A stretch of 64,000 bases of DNA from an uncultured Streptococcus sp. (GCF_963521865.1 NZ_CAUQWY010000001.1:81865-145864), one strand, 5' to 3'. Numbered from the stretch's first letter, positions 45,750 to 57,722 are shown. Translations and numbers: made by a program. Notes: generated by a model from the sequence alone, not told the origin.

Positions 45750-47255
45750 ATGAACAAACGTGTAAAAATCGTTGCAACTTTAGGTCCTGCGGTAGAGATC
45801 CGTGGTGGTAAAAAATTTGGTGATGACGGATACTGGAGTGGAAAACTTGATGTTGAAGCTTCTGCTAAAAACATTGCTAAATTGATTGAAGCTGGTGCTA
45901 ATACATTCCGTTTCAACTTCTCACACGGTGACCACCAAGAACAAGGTGACCGTATGGCAACTGTTAAACTTGCTGAAAAACTTGCAGGTAAAAAAGTTGG
46001 TTTCCTTCTTGATACTAAAGGACCAGAAATCCGTACAGAATTGTTTGAAGGAGATGCCAAAGAGTACTCTTACACAACTGGTGAAAAAATCCGTGTTGCA
46101 ACTAAACAAGGAATTCAATCAACTCGTGATGTGATTGCATTGAACGTTGCCGGAGCTCTTGATATCTATGATGATGTTGAAGTTGGTCGTCAAGTTTTGG
46201 TTGACGATGGTAAACTTGGTCTTCGTGTAGTTGCTAAAGATGATGCGACTCGTGAATTTGAAGTTGAAGTTGAAAATGATGGCGTAATCGCTAAACAAAA
46301 AGGTGTTAATATCCCTAACACTAAAATTCCTTTCCCAGCTCTTGCTGAACGTGATAACGATGATATCCGCTTTGGTCTTGAACAAGGTATCAACTTCATC
46401 GCGATTTCATTCGTACGTACTGCAAAAGACGTCAACGAAGTTCGTGCAATCTGTGAAGAAACTGGAAACGGACACGTTCAATTGTTCGCTAAAATCGAAA
46501 ACCAACAAGGTATCGACAACTTGGATGAAATCATCGAAGCTGCTGACGGTATCATGATTGCTCGTGGTGATATGGGTATCGAAGTACCATTCGAAATGGT
46601 TCCAGTTTACCAAAAAATGATCATCAAGAAAGTTAATGCCGCTGGTAAAGTTGTTATCACTGCAACAAACATGCTTGAAACAATGACTGAAAAACCACGT
46701 GCAACTCGTTCAGAAGTATCAGACGTATTTAACGCTGTTATCGACGGAACTGACGCTACAATGCTTTCAGGTGAGTCTGCAAATGGTAAATACCCACTTG
46801 AGTCAGTAACTACAATGGCTACAATCGACAAGAACGCACAAACTCTTCTTAACGAATACGGACGTTTGAACTCAGATTCATTCGAACGTAACTCTAAGAC
46901 AGAAGTAATGGCTTCAGCTGTTAAAGATGCTACTAACTCAATGGACATTAAATTGGTTGTAACTCTTACTAAGACAGGTCACACTGCACGTTTGATTTCT
47001 AAATACCGTCCAAATGCTGACATCTTGGCGTTGACATTTGACGAATTGACAGAACGTGGATTGATGTTGAACTGGGGTGTTATCCCAATGTTGACAGATG
47101 CTCCATCATCAACTGATGATATGTTCGAAATTGCCGAACGTAAAGCAGTTGAAGCAGGTCTTGTACAATCTGGTGACGATATCGTTATCGTAGCTGGTGT
47201 GCCACTTGGAGAAGCTGTACGTACAAACACAATGCGTATCCGCACAGTACGTTAA
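45750..47255 (+). CDS. pyk: Pyruvate kinase
   Basis: RFNFSHG, DTKGPEIR, ARGDMGIE, TRSEVSD. Confidence 0.98.
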   Translation: MNKRVKIVATLGPAVEIRGGKKFGDDGYWSGKLDVEASAKNIAKLIEAGANTFRFNFSHGDHQEQGDRMATVKLAEKLAGKKVGFLLDTKGPEIRTELFEGDAKEYSYTTGEKIRVATKQGIQSTRDVIALNVAGALDIYDDVEVGRQVLVDDGKLGLRVVAKDDATREFEVEVENDGVIAKQKGVNIPNTKIPFPALAERDNDDIRFGLEQGINFIAISFVRTAKDVNEVRAICEETGNGHVQLFAKIENQQGIDNLDEIIEAADGIMIARGDMGIEVPFEMVPVYQKMIIKKVNAAGKVVITATNMLETMTEKPRATRSEVSDVFNAVIDGTDATMLSGESANGKYPLESVTTMATIDKNAQTLLNEYGRLNSDSFERNSKTEVMASAVKDATNSMDIKLVVTLTKTGHTARLISKYRPNADILALTFDELTERGLMLNWGVIPMLTDAPSSTDDMFEIAERKAVEAGLVQSGDDIVIVAGVPLGEAVRTNTMRIRTVR

Positions 47256-47265
47256 TTAAAATAAA

Positions 47266-47313
47266 AAAGCCTATCATATCGAGCTTTCTAGCCTGTATGA
47301 TGGGCTCTTTTTT
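47266..47313 (+). terminator. Terminator after pyk
   Basis: AGCCTATCATA...TATGATGGGCT followed by a T run. Confidence 0.7.
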
Positions 47314-47344
47314 GTCTAGGAGGCATAACTTTTTAATTGCGATT

Positions 47345-47414
47345 TATAATCGAATGAAATAAGCAATGAACAAATTGATTAATAAAGTCAAATTCATTTC
47401 TAGGAATACTTTAA
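47345..47414 (+). repeat. Degenerate partial RUP-like repeat
   Basis: TATAATCGAATGAAATAAG...ACAAATTGATT...AGTCAAATT.ATTTCTA resembles the 5' part of the RUP consensus as I remember it. Confidence 0.5.
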
Positions 47415-47510
47415 CAGAAAATGAAATAAATCTTTCCACAATAAAACGCATATTATCAAGGATTTCTATACCTGATAATATGCGTTTTTTTGATTTTAAA
47501 GACTTTTTGG
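47415..47510. repeat. SPRITE-like terminator element (bidirectional hairpin)
   Basis: AAAACGCATATTATCA...TGATAATATGCGTTTT perfect 16 bp stem between the convergent pyk and ldh genes. Family assignment is from memory. Confidence 0.55.
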
Positions 47511-47532
47511 CTAGTCTATCAAGCTATTTAAA

Positions 47533-48561
<1,029 letters not shown>

Positions 48562-48713
48562 TTATTTCAATTCTATCACTTTTAAAAAGCTTTGTCACGG
48601 ATATGCATTTCAGTTCTTGATGTAAACGTTTTAGTGATTTTAGATACCTGAAATATAGCGGACATTATGGTATAATATAGTTAATTACTAATTGTGAAAT
48701 GAGGCATTTATTA

Positions 48714-51182
48714 ATGCAGGATAGAAATTTAGTGAATGTCAATCTGACAAAGGAGATGAAGACGAGCTTTATCGATTACGCCATGAGTGTTATCGTTGCG
48801 CGGGCTCTTCCTGATGTTCGAGATGGCTTGAAACCTGTTCACCGTCGGATTCTCTACGGAATGAATGAATTGGGTGTTACTCCAGATAAACCCCATAAAA
48901 AATCTGCTCGTATTACAGGGGATGTTATGGGTAAATACCACCCACACGGAGATTCCTCTATCTATGAGGCTATGGTCCGTATGGCTCAATGGTGGAGCTA
49001 CCGTTACATGCTTGTAGATGGCCATGGGAACTTTGGTTCCATGGATGGCGATGGTGCTGCCGCCCAGCGTTACACTGAGGCACGTATGAGCAAGATTGCT
49101 CTGGAAATGCTTCGTGATATCAATAAAAATACAGTTGATTTCGTTGATAACTATGATGCCAATGAACGTGAACCTTTGGTCTTGCCAGCGCGTTTTCCAA
49201 ACCTTTTGGTTAATGGAGCAACTGGTATTGCTGTCGGGATGGCAACCAATATTCCACCTCATAACCTTGGAGAAACCATTGATGCGGTGAAGTTGGTCAT
49301 GGACAATTCTGAAGTGACCACTAAGGACTTGATGGAAGTCTTGCCTGGTCCAGATTTTCCAACAGGTGCCCTTGTCATGGGGAAATCAGGCATTCATAAG
49401 GCTTATGAAACAGGTAAAGGTTCTATTGTCCTACGTTCTCGTACAGAAATCGAAGAAACTAAGACTGGCCGTGAGCGCATCGTAGTAACTGAATTTCCTT
49501 ATATGGTCAATAAAACCAAGGTGCATGAGCATATTGTTCGTTTGGTTCAAGAAAAACGCATTGAGGGAATCACAGCAGTCCGTGATGAATCAAACCGTGA
49601 AGGGGTTCGATTTGTTATCGAAGTTAAGCGTGATGCCTCAGCCAATGTAATCCTCAATAACCTCTTCAAGATGACCCAGATGCAAACCAACTTTGGTTTC
49701 AATATGTTGGCTATTCAAAATGGGGTACCGAAGATTTTGTCTCTTCGTCAGATTTTGGATGCTTATATCGAGCACCAAAAAGAAGTGGTTGTTCGTCGTA
49801 CCCGTTTTGATAAGGAAAAAGCAGAAGCGCGTGCTCATATCTTAGAAGGTCTCTTAATCGCACTAGACCATATCGACGAAGTGATTCGTATCATCCGTGC
49901 TAGTGAAACGGATGCGGAAGCTCAAGCTGAGTTGATGAGCAAGTTTAAGCTTTCTGAACGTCAAAGTCAAGCCATCCTTGATATGCGCCTTCGTCGTTTG
50001 ACAGGTTTAGAACGTGATAAGATTCAGTCTGAGTATGATGACCTCTTGGCTCTGATTGCGGATTTAGCAGATATTCTTGCTAAGCCAGAACGTGTTTCTC
50101 AAATCATCAAAGACGAATTGGACGAAGTCAAGCGTAAGTTTGGTGACCAACGTCGTACTGAATTGATGGTTGGTGAAGTCTTAAGTCTCGAAGATGAGGA
50201 TTTGATTGAAGAATCAGATGTCTTGATCACTCTTTCTAACAAAGGTTACATCAAACGTCTAGACCAAGGTGAGTTCACTGCTCAAAAACGTGGGGGGCGT
50301 GGTGTTCAAGGAACAGGAGTTAAGGATGACGATTTTGTCCGTGAATTAGTGTCAACTAGCACCCATGATCACCTACTCTTCTTTACAAATAAAGGACGTG
50401 TCTATCGCCTGAAAGGCTATGAAATTCCTGAATATGGTCGTACCGCTAAGGGATTGCCAATTGTCAATCTTTTGAAATTGGATGAAGGTGAAAGTATTCA
50501 GACCATCATCAATGTTGAATCTGAACGCAGCGATGACGCTTATCTCTTCTTCACAACTCGTCATGGTATTGTGAAGAGAACCAGCGTTAAGGAGTTTGCT
50601 AATATTCGTCAAAATGGACTTAAGGCATTGAACCTCAAAGATGAAGATGAGTTGATTAATGTCTTGTTGACGGAAGAAGATACGGATATTATCATTGGTA
50701 CTAAGCTTGGTTATGCAGTTCGCTTTAATCAATCAGCCGTTCGAGGCATGAGTCGTATCGCTACTGGTGTGAAAGGTGTCAATCTTCGTGAAGGAGATAC
50801 AGTAGTTGGTGCTAGTGTGATTACAGACCAGGACGAGGTTCTTATCATTACAGAAAAAGGATACGGTAAGCGCACAGTTGCGACTGAATATCCAACAAAA
50901 GGTCGTGGTGGTAAAGGAATGAAGACGGCTAATGTAGCTGAAAAAAATGGTCCTCTATCAGGTCTTTTGACTGTTAAAGGTGATGAAGATTTGATGATTA
51001 TCACTGATACAGGTGTCATGATTCGAACCAACGTTGCCAATATTTCACAAACAGGGCGCTCAACTATGGGAGTTAAAGTGATGCGCTTGGATCAGGATGC
51101 TAAAATTGTGACCTTTACAACGGTAGCAGCGTCAGAAAAAGAAGAAGTTGGGACAGAAAACGAAATAGAAGGTGAAGCATAA
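48714..51182 (+). CDS. gyrA: DNA gyrase subunit A
   Basis: [19 protein letters not shown] and GyrA box QKRGGRG. Confidence 0.98.
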   Translation: MQDRNLVNVNLTKEMKTSFIDYAMSVIVARALPDVRDGLKPVHRRILYGMNELGVTPDKPHKKSARITGDVMGKYHPHGDSSIYEAMVRMAQWWSYRYMLVDGHGNFGSMDGDGAAAQRYTEARMSKIALEMLRDINKNTVDFVDNYDANEREPLVLPARFPNLLVNGATGIAVGMATNIPPHNLGETIDAVKLVMDNSEVTTKDLMEVLPGPDFPTGALVMGKSGIHKAYETGKGSIVLRSRTEIEETKTGRERIVVTEFPYMVNKTKVHEHIVRLVQEKRIEGITAVRDESNREGVRFVIEVKRDASANVILNNLFKMTQMQTNFGFNMLAIQNGVPKILSLRQILDAYIEHQKEVVVRRTRFDKEKAEARAHILEGLLIALDHIDEVIRIIRASETDAEAQAELMSKFKLSERQSQAILDMRLRRLTGLERDKIQSEYDDLLALIADLADILAKPERVSQIIKDELDEVKRKFGDQRRTELMVGEVLSLEDEDLIEESDVLITLSNKGYIKRLDQGEFTAQKRGGRGVQGTGVKDDDFVRELVSTSTHDHLLFFTNKGRVYRLKGYEIPEYGRTAKGLPIVNLLKLDEGESIQTIINVESERSDDAYLFFTTRHGIVKRTSVKEFANIRQNGLKALNLKDEDELINVLLTEEDTDIIIGTKLGYAVRFNQSAVRGMSRIATGVKGVNLREGDTVVGASVITDQDEVLIITEKGYGKRTVATEYPTKGRGGKGMKTANVAEKNGPLSGLLTVKGDEDLMIITDTGVMIRTNVANISQTGRSTMGVKVMRLDQDAKIVTFTTVAASEKEEVGTENEIEGEA

Positions 51183-51925
51183 TGTCTCATAGAAAGAATA
51201 ATAAGAAAACAAACCGTAAAAATTTACTAATCAATGTCTTGGCAGGATTCTTGATCCTCTTGTCACTGGCATTAATCTTTAATTCCAAAATTCGTGATAT
51301 TTTCATGGTTTGGAATACTAACAAGTATCAAGTTAGCCAGGTATCAAAAGAAAAATTGGAAGAAAATCAAGATACAGAAGGTAATTTTGACTTTGACTCA
51401 GTAAAAGCCATTTCATCAGAAGCTGTCTTATCCTCACAATGGAATTCGCAAAAATTACCAGTTATTGGTGGGATTGCTATTCCTGAAGTAGAAATTAACT
51501 TACCTATTTTTAAAGGTCTTGATAATGTCAATCTTTTCTATGGAGCTGGTACAATGAAGCGTGATCAAGTGATGGGGAAAGGAAACTATTCACTTGCGAG
51601 CCATCATATCTTCACGGCGGAAAATGCCAGTCAGATGCTATTTTCTCCCTTATCACATGCTAAAAATGGTATGAAAATTTATCTGACTGATAAGGATAAG
51701 GTTTATACTTATGTCATTCATGAGGTTAAGCATGTAACACCAGATCGTGTGGATGAGATTGATGACCGTAGTGGTGTTGATGAGATCACACTTGTAACTT
51801 GTGTGGACTATGATGCGACAGAGCGGATTATTGTAAAAGGTGATTTGAAAGATACAAAAGACTATTCACAAACACCTGAAGAAGTTCTAACAGCCTTCAA
51901 TCAACCGTATAAACAACGCTATTAA
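51182..51925 (+). CDS. srtA: Housekeeping class A sortase
   Basis: N-terminal TM, NYSLASHH and TLVTC; gyrA-srtA synteny. Confidence 0.95.
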   Translation: MSHRKNNKKTNRKNLLINVLAGFLILLSLALIFNSKIRDIFMVWNTNKYQVSQVSKEKLEENQDTEGNFDFDSVKAISSEAVLSSQWNSQKLPVIGGIAIPEVEINLPIFKGLDNVNLFYGAGTMKRDQVMGKGNYSLASHHIFTAENASQMLFSPLSHAKNGMKIYLTDKDKVYTYVIHEVKHVTPDRVDEIDDRSGVDEITLVTCVDYDATERIIVKGDLKDTKDYSQTPEEVLTAFNQPYKQRY

Positions 51926-51930
51926 TAGTT

Positions 51931-51968
51931 AAAGAATCAGTAAACATCTAGTTCTACTGATTCTTTTT
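51931..51968 (+). terminator. Terminator after srtA
   Basis: AAAGAATCAGTA...TACTGATTCTTTTT. Confidence 0.75.
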
Positions 51969-51998
51969 ATTTTGTTTTATAAGCATACTATGTAATGC

Positions 51999-52104
51999 TA
52001 ATACTCTTCGAAAATCTCTTCAAAGCACGTCAGTTTCACCTTACCGTACTCAAGTAGAGCCTGCGGTAGGTTCCTAGTTTGCTCTTTGATTTTCATTGAG
52101 TATA
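51999..52104 (-). repeat. BOX element lacking boxB (boxA-boxC), inverted
   Basis: Reverse complement of the ends of the 7486 and 27118 copies, about 45-50 bp shorter. Confidence 0.88.
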
Positions 52105-52194
52105 AATCAATACAAATGTTATAAATTTAAGAAAATGATTACTCATTCAAAAAAATGTGTTATAATAATAAATATAAAAAAATAGGAGATGTTT

Positions 52195-52992
52195 ATGAGT
52201 TCTTCAGAGTTTATTTCGAAGATAGATTATTATTGCAACAAGAAAGAAAGTCTTTTCAATCAAAGTAAGTCCAAGTATGCTATTCGTTCCATGTTTGCAG
52301 GTGCTTTTTTAACTTTTAGTACAGCTGCTGGGGCTATTGGTGCGGATTTATTAAATAATATTGTTCCAAGTAGTGGGTATTTCCTTTTCCCATTTGTTTT
52401 TGCTTGGGGGCTGGCCTATATCGTCTTTCTAAATGCGGAATTGATAACTTCCAATATGATGTACTTAACAGCTGGAGTGTTCTTGAAAAAGATTGATTGG
52501 AAAAAGGCAATGATTATTTTACTCTATTGTACTTTGTTTAATCTCATTGGTGCCTTGGTAGCTGGATGGGCCTTTGCCAACTCATCAGCCTTTTCCCATT
52601 TGACTCATGATAGTTTCCTTCCTAAGCTTGTAGCCAAGAAATTGGCGCGTCCAAGTGATTTAGTCCTGCTTGAGGGAATTCTTGCCAATGTATTTGTAAA
52701 TATTGCCATTCTTTCATCTATACTAGTTAAAGATGGTGCCGCCAAACTATGGATCATTTTATCAGCTATTTCCATGTTTGTCTTCTTGTCCAATGAGCAC
52801 ATTGCTGCCAATTTTGCTTCCTTTAGTATTATGAAATTCAGCATGATTGCTGATCAAGTACCTCACTTTGATCTACCAAATATCCTTCGACATTGGGGAG
52901 TTACCTTCATTGCTAACTTTATAGGTGGAGGACTTCTGATTGGTTTACCGTATGCCTTTCTAAATAAGAATGAAGATATATATGTTGATTAA
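52195..52992 (+). CDS. Formate/nitrite transporter family channel, copy 1
   Basis: AELITSN, NEHIAAN, NFIGGG. Confidence 0.9.
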   Translation: MSSSEFISKIDYYCNKKESLFNQSKSKYAIRSMFAGAFLTFSTAAGAIGADLLNNIVPSSGYFLFPFVFAWGLAYIVFLNAELITSNMMYLTAGVFLKKIDWKKAMIILLYCTLFNLIGALVAGWAFANSSAFSHLTHDSFLPKLVAKKLARPSDLVLLEGILANVFVNIAILSSILVKDGAAKLWIILSAISMFVFLSNEHIAANFASFSIMKFSMIADQVPHFDLPNILRHWGVTFIANFIGGGLLIGLPYAFLNKNEDIYVD

Positions 52993-53127
52993 GAAGAGTC
53001 AGAGTAGGGGTGCGGAGAAATTATTTTCTTCTATTTAGTAATAAATATATTAAATAGAACAAAAATGATTCTACTCAATCTCTAAATTCGGACAATTAAA
53101 AATTCTAAAAGCTTGTTATTAAAACAA

Positions 53128-53141
53128 TGTAAACGATTACT
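53128..53141. promoter_or_regulatory. Candidate CcpA cre site upstream of FNT copy 2
   Basis: TGTAAACGATTACT, one mismatch to TGWNANCGNTNWCA. Confidence 0.5.
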
Positions 53142-53238
53142 AGATTTATAAATTTATTAAAAATACAATTAGGAAAGGCTTTTCTTTATATCTGTTTTAT
53201 GTTATAATTATCACAAATAAAAGTTTTAGGAGTTTATT

Positions 53239-54036
53239 ATGGTTTCTTCAGAATTTATCTCAAAGATTGAATTTGCTTGCAAGAAGAAAGAAAGTCTTTA
53301 TAGCCAAAGCAAATTTAAGTATGCGATTCGTTCTATGTTTGCAGGTGCATTTTTGACCTTCAGTACAGCTGCTGGTGCAGTTGGGGCTGACTTGATTAAT
53401 AAAATTGCGCCAGGTAGTGGACGATTCCTCTTCCCCTTTGTCTTTGCTTGGGGATTGGCCTACATTGTTTTCTTGAATGCCGAGTTGGTAACATCAAACA
53501 TGATGTTCTTGACTGCTGGTAGTTTCTTGAAAAAAATCTCTTGGAGAAAAACAGCTGAGATTTTACTTTACTGTACCTTGTTCAACCTTATCGGAGCCTT
53601 GATAGCAGGGTGGGGCTTTGCTCATTCAGCAGCCTATGCACATCTGACTCATGATAGTTTCATCTCAGGGGTTGTTGAGATGAAGTTAGGCCGTTCAAAT
53701 GAATTAATCTTGCTTGAGGCGATTTTAGCAAATATTTTCGTAAATATTGCGATTCTTTCATTTGTTTTGGTCAAAGATGGTGGTGCCAAACTTTGGCTTG
53801 TTTTGTCAGCAATTTACATGTTTGTATTCTTAACAAACGAGCACATTGCTGCGAACTTTGCTTCTTTCGCGATTGTGAAATTCAGTGTTGCTGCGGATTC
53901 AATTGCTAACTTCGGTGTTGGAAATATGCTTCGTCACTGGGGGGTAACCTTCATCGGAAACTTTATCGGAGGAGGTCTCTTGATGGGTCTTCCGTATGCC
54001 TTCCTCAATAAAAATGAAGATACTTATGTAGATTAA
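53239..54036 (+). CDS. Formate/nitrite transporter family channel, copy 2
   Basis: AELVTSN, NEHIAAN, GNFIGGG; collinear with copy 1. Confidence 0.9.
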   Translation: MVSSEFISKIEFACKKKESLYSQSKFKYAIRSMFAGAFLTFSTAAGAVGADLINKIAPGSGRFLFPFVFAWGLAYIVFLNAELVTSNMMFLTAGSFLKKISWRKTAEILLYCTLFNLIGALIAGWGFAHSAAYAHLTHDSFISGVVEMKLGRSNELILLEAILANIFVNIAILSFVLVKDGGAKLWLVLSAIYMFVFLTNEHIAANFASFAIVKFSVAADSIANFGVGNMLRHWGVTFIGNFIGGGLLMGLPYAFLNKNEDTYVD

Positions 54037-54183
54037 GAAAATGAGCACGATTGAGTCGTGCCTTTTTCATTTTTAAAATAAGGCAATAGCTATTTATTAT
54101 ATCAAAATATAGAAAACTAATATTAGTAAACTATACCTTAAGGTGCTACAATATCCTTAATCAAACTATTTGGAGGTCGTTTT

Positions 54184-55464
54184 ATGACTCGTGATTTTAA
54201 ATTTGAAACTTTGCAACTACACGCTGGTCAAGTTGTGGATCCAGCTACCAAGTCTCGTGCAGTGCCGATTTATCAAACAACATCCTTTGTTTTTGATGAC
54301 ACGCAGGAAGGTGCCGATTTGTTTGCCTTGAGAAAGCCAGGTAATATCTATACTCGTATTACCAATCCTACAACGGCTGCTTTTGAAGAAAGAATTGCAG
54401 CTCTCGAAGGTGGTGTCGGAGCTCTTGCAACAGCATCTGGTATGGCTGCAGTGACTTATACAATTTTGGCACTTGCCCATGCTGGTGACCATGTTGTAGC
54501 AGCATCAACTATTTACGGTGGAACCTTCAATCTCTTGAAAGAAACCCTTCCTCGTTATGGGATCACAACAACCTTTGTCGATGTTGATAATTTGAAGGAA
54601 GTGGAAGCAGCTATCAATGACAATACTAAGCTTGTCTTGATTGAAACTTTGGGCAACCCCTTGATTAATATTCCAGATTTGGAAAAATTGGCAGAGATTG
54701 CTCATAAGCATCAAATTCCACTTGTTTCTGACAATACCTTTGCTACACCTTATTTGATTAACGTTTTTTCTCATGGTGTAGATATTGCTATTCATTCTGC
54801 GACTAAGTTTATCGGTGGGCATGGTACGACTATTGGAGGAGTAATTGTCGATAGCGGTCGTTTTGACTGGGCAGCTTCAGGGAAATTCCCTCAATTTGTT
54901 GAGGAAGACCCAAGCTATCACAATTTGAGCTATACTCGTGATGTGGGTGCAGCTGCCTTTATTATAGCTGTCCGTGTTCAATTGCTCCGTGATACAGGTG
55001 CAGCCTTGTCCCCATTTAATGCATTCTTGTTACTACAAGGACTTGAGACCCTCTCTCTTCGTGTGGAACGCCATGTGCAAAATGCAGAGAAAATTGTTGA
55101 TTTCCTTGTCAACCATCCTAAGGTAGAAAAAGTCAACTATCCAAAACTTGCTGATAGTCCTTACCATGCTTTGGCTGAGAAATATTTGCCAAAAGGTGTG
55201 GGCTCAATCTTTACCTTCCATGTCAAAGGTGGGGAGGCAGAAGCACGCAAGGTAATTGATCATTTAGAAATCTTTTCTGACCTAGCAAACGTGGCAGATG
55301 CCAAGTCTCTTGTTGTTCACCCAGCTACAACCACTCACGGTCAGTTGTCAGAAAAAGATCTTGAAGCAGCAGGTGTCACACCAAACCAAATCCGTTTGTC
55401 AATCGGACTTGAAAATGTAGATGATTTGATTGAAGATTTGCGTTTGGCCTTGGAAAAAATTTAA
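54184..55464 (+). CDS. metY: O-acetylhomoserine sulfhydrylase
   Basis: PIYQTTSF, YTRITNPT, PLP motif HSATKFIGGHG. Confidence 0.88.
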   Translation: MTRDFKFETLQLHAGQVVDPATKSRAVPIYQTTSFVFDDTQEGADLFALRKPGNIYTRITNPTTAAFEERIAALEGGVGALATASGMAAVTYTILALAHAGDHVVAASTIYGGTFNLLKETLPRYGITTTFVDVDNLKEVEAAINDNTKLVLIETLGNPLINIPDLEKLAEIAHKHQIPLVSDNTFATPYLINVFSHGVDIAIHSATKFIGGHGTTIGGVIVDSGRFDWAASGKFPQFVEEDPSYHNLSYTRDVGAAAFIIAVRVQLLRDTGAALSPFNAFLLLQGLETLSLRVERHVQNAEKIVDFLVNHPKVEKVNYPKLADSPYHALAEKYLPKGVGSIFTFHVKGGEAEARKVIDHLEIFSDLANVADAKSLVVHPATTTHGQLSEKDLEAAGVTPNQIRLSIGLENVDDLIEDLRLALEKI

Positions 55465-55559
55465 AGAAAAAGAAGATAAACAGTGGGTTTCGACTCACTG
55501 TTTTTGATTTTCCCTCAGACATGATATAATGGTTAAAGAAGTCTAGAAAGAGGAATGAT

Positions 55560-56834
55560 ATGAACGAAATCAAATGCCCCAACTGTGGGGAGGTCTTTAC
55601 AGTAAATGAAAGTCAGTATGCTGAACTCTTGTCTCAAGTGAGAACAGCAGAGTTTGATAAGGAACTGCACGATAGGATGAGGCAGGAACTGGCCTTGGCT
55701 GAGCAAAAGGCCATGAATGAACAACAGTCTAAACTGGCTCAAAAAGACAAAGAAATTGCGCAATTGCAGAGTCAAATCCAAAACTTTGATACAGAAAAAG
55801 AATTGGCCAAGAAAGAGGTTGAACAGACAAGCAATCAGGCTCTCTTGGCCAAGGACAAGGAAGTGCAGGCCTTGGAAAACCAATTGGCCACCTTGCGTTT
55901 AGAGCATGAAAATCAACTGCAAAAGACTCTTTCTGACCTAGAAAAAGAACGCGATCAGGTCAAAAATCAGCTCCTATTACAAGAAAAAGAAAACGAGCTT
56001 TCTCTTGCTTCAGTTAAGCAAAACTATGAAGCACAGCTCAAAGCAGCAAGTGAACAGGTCGAGTTCTATAAGAATTTCAAAGCCCAGCAATCTACAAAAG
56101 CCATTGGAGAAAGTCTGGAACAGTATGCAGAGAGTGAGTTTAACAAGGTCCGCAGTTTTGCCTTTCCAAATGCCTACTTTGAGAAGGATAACAAGGTTTC
56201 AGCGCGTGGGTCTAAGGGGGATTTTATCTTCCGTGAATGTGATGAAAATGGGGTCGAAATCATTTCCATCATGTTTGAGATGAAGAATGAAGCGGACGGG
56301 ACAGAGAAGAAGCACAAGAACGTGGATTTTTATAAGGAATTGGACAAGGATCGTCGTGAAAAGAACTGTGAATATGCAGTTTTGGTAACCATGCTTGAGG
56401 CTGATAATGACTACTTTAACACAGGGATTGTTGACGTCAGCCACGAGTATGAAAAGATGTATGTGGTTCGTCCTCAATTCTTTATCCAGTTGATTGGGCT
56501 CTTGCGTAATGCGGCGCTTAATTCCCTAAAATACAAGCAAGAGTTAGCGCTTGTTCGGGAGCAGAATATCGATATTACCCACTTTGAGGAAGACTTGGAT
56601 GCCTTCAAAGTAGCTTTTGCGAAAAACTACAACTCTGCTTCAACCAACTTCGGCAAAGCCATCGACGAAATCGATAAGGCTATTAAGCGCATGGAAGAGG
56701 TTAAGAAATTCTTGACAACATCTGAAAACCAACTCCGTCTCGCTAACAACAAGTTGGAAGACGTTTCAGTAAAAAAACTAACTCGAAAAAATCCAACCAT
56801 GAAAGCGAAATTTGAAGCTCTGAAGGGGGAGTAG
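55560..56834 (+). CDS. DUF2130-like coiled-coil protein
   Basis: N-terminal CPNC, long coiled coil, KGDFIF...IMFEMKN. Confidence 0.75.
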   Translation: MNEIKCPNCGEVFTVNESQYAELLSQVRTAEFDKELHDRMRQELALAEQKAMNEQQSKLAQKDKEIAQLQSQIQNFDTEKELAKKEVEQTSNQALLAKDKEVQALENQLATLRLEHENQLQKTLSDLEKERDQVKNQLLLQEKENELSLASVKQNYEAQLKAASEQVEFYKNFKAQQSTKAIGESLEQYAESEFNKVRSFAFPNAYFEKDNKVSARGSKGDFIFRECDENGVEIISIMFEMKNEADGTEKKHKNVDFYKELDKDRREKNCEYAVLVTMLEADNDYFNTGIVDVSHEYEKMYVVRPQFFIQLIGLLRNAALNSLKYKQELALVREQNIDITHFEEDLDAFKVAFAKNYNSASTNFGKAIDEIDKAIKRMEEVKKFLTTSENQLRLANNKLEDVSVKKLTRKNPTMKAKFEALKGE

Positions 56835-56843
56835 AAAGCAAAA

Positions 56844-57722
56844 ATGAATGGTATTATCAACTTAAGAAAAGAAGCGGGGATGACCTCGCATGATGCGGTT
56901 TTTAAACTGCGTAAGATTTTGGGAACTAAGAAAATTGGTCATGGTGGGACCTTGGATCCAGATGTAGTGGGCGTTTTGCCCATTGCGGTTGGCAAGGCGA
57001 CACGTATGGTCGAGTTTATGCAGGATGAGGGCAAGGTCTATGAGGGGGAAATCACTCTAGGTTATTCCACGACGACTGAGGATGCCAGTGGAGAAGTGGT
57101 CGCAGAAACACCTGTTTTGTCGCTCTTGGATGAAACCATTGTTGACGAAGCAATTGCGAGTCTGACTGGGCCTATTACCCAGATTCCGCCTATGTACTCA
57201 GCTGTTAAGGTCAATGGTCGTAAGCTTTATGAGTATGCGCGTTCTGGTCAGGAAGTGGAACGTCCAGAACGTCAGGTGACCATTTATCAATTTGAGCGGA
57301 CAAGTCCGATTTCTTATGAGAGCGAACTTGCAAGATTCACTTTTCGTGTGAAATGCAGTAAGGGAACTTATATTCGTACCTTGTCTGTTGACTTAGGAGA
57401 AAAATTGAGTTATGCTGCCCATATGTCACATTTGACACGAACTAGTGCAGCTGGTTTGCAACTAGAAGATGCTCTTACCTTGGAAGAAATTGCTGCAAAA
57501 GTGGAGGCTGGTCAGCTGGACTTTCTCCATCCTCTAGAGATTGGAACAGGGGACCTCGTCAAAGTTTTCCTAAGTCCAGAAGAGGCTACAGAAGTGCGCT
57601 TTGGTCGTTTTATTGAACTCGACCAAACAGAACAAGAATTAGCTGCCTTTGAAGACGATAAATTACTAGCCATTCTAGAAAAACGGGACAATCTCTATAA
57701 GCCAAGGAAGGTTTTTAGCTAG
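56844..57722 (+). CDS. truB: tRNA pseudouridine(55) synthase
   Basis: [24 protein letters not shown]. Confidence 0.97.
   Translation: MNGIINLRKEAGMTSHDAVFKLRKILGTKKIGHGGTLDPDVVGVLPIAVGKATRMVEFMQDEGKVYEGEITLGYSTTTEDASGEVVAETPVLSLLDETIVDEAIASLTGPITQIPPMYSAVKVNGRKLYEYARSGQEVERPERQVTIYQFERTSPISYESELARFTFRVKCSKGTYIRTLSVDLGEKLSYAAHMSHLTRTSAAGLQLEDALTLEEIAAKVEAGQLDFLHPLEIGTGDLVKVFLSPEEATEVRFGRFIELDQTEQELAAFEDDKLLAILEKRDNLYKPRKVFS

Noticed and set aside
45722..47245. Cluster of antisense ORFs over pyk, and similar ones over gyrA, rnr and recN
   Set aside because: Expected shadows of codon-biased, highly expressed genes.
48621..48634. cre-like TGTAAACGTTTTAG between ldh and gyrA
   Set aside because: The conserved terminal CA is missing, so it is too weak to call.
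54084..54136. MetR/MtaR-type LysR box upstream of metY
   Set aside because: Only a half site (AAACTATA) is convincing in very AT-rich DNA. Biologically plausible but not supportable from the sequence.
55560..56834. DUF2130-like gene as a defence nuclease
   Set aside because: The D...ExK-like motif is suggestive, but the gene is embedded in core synteny with truB and has no partner genes or mobility signs.
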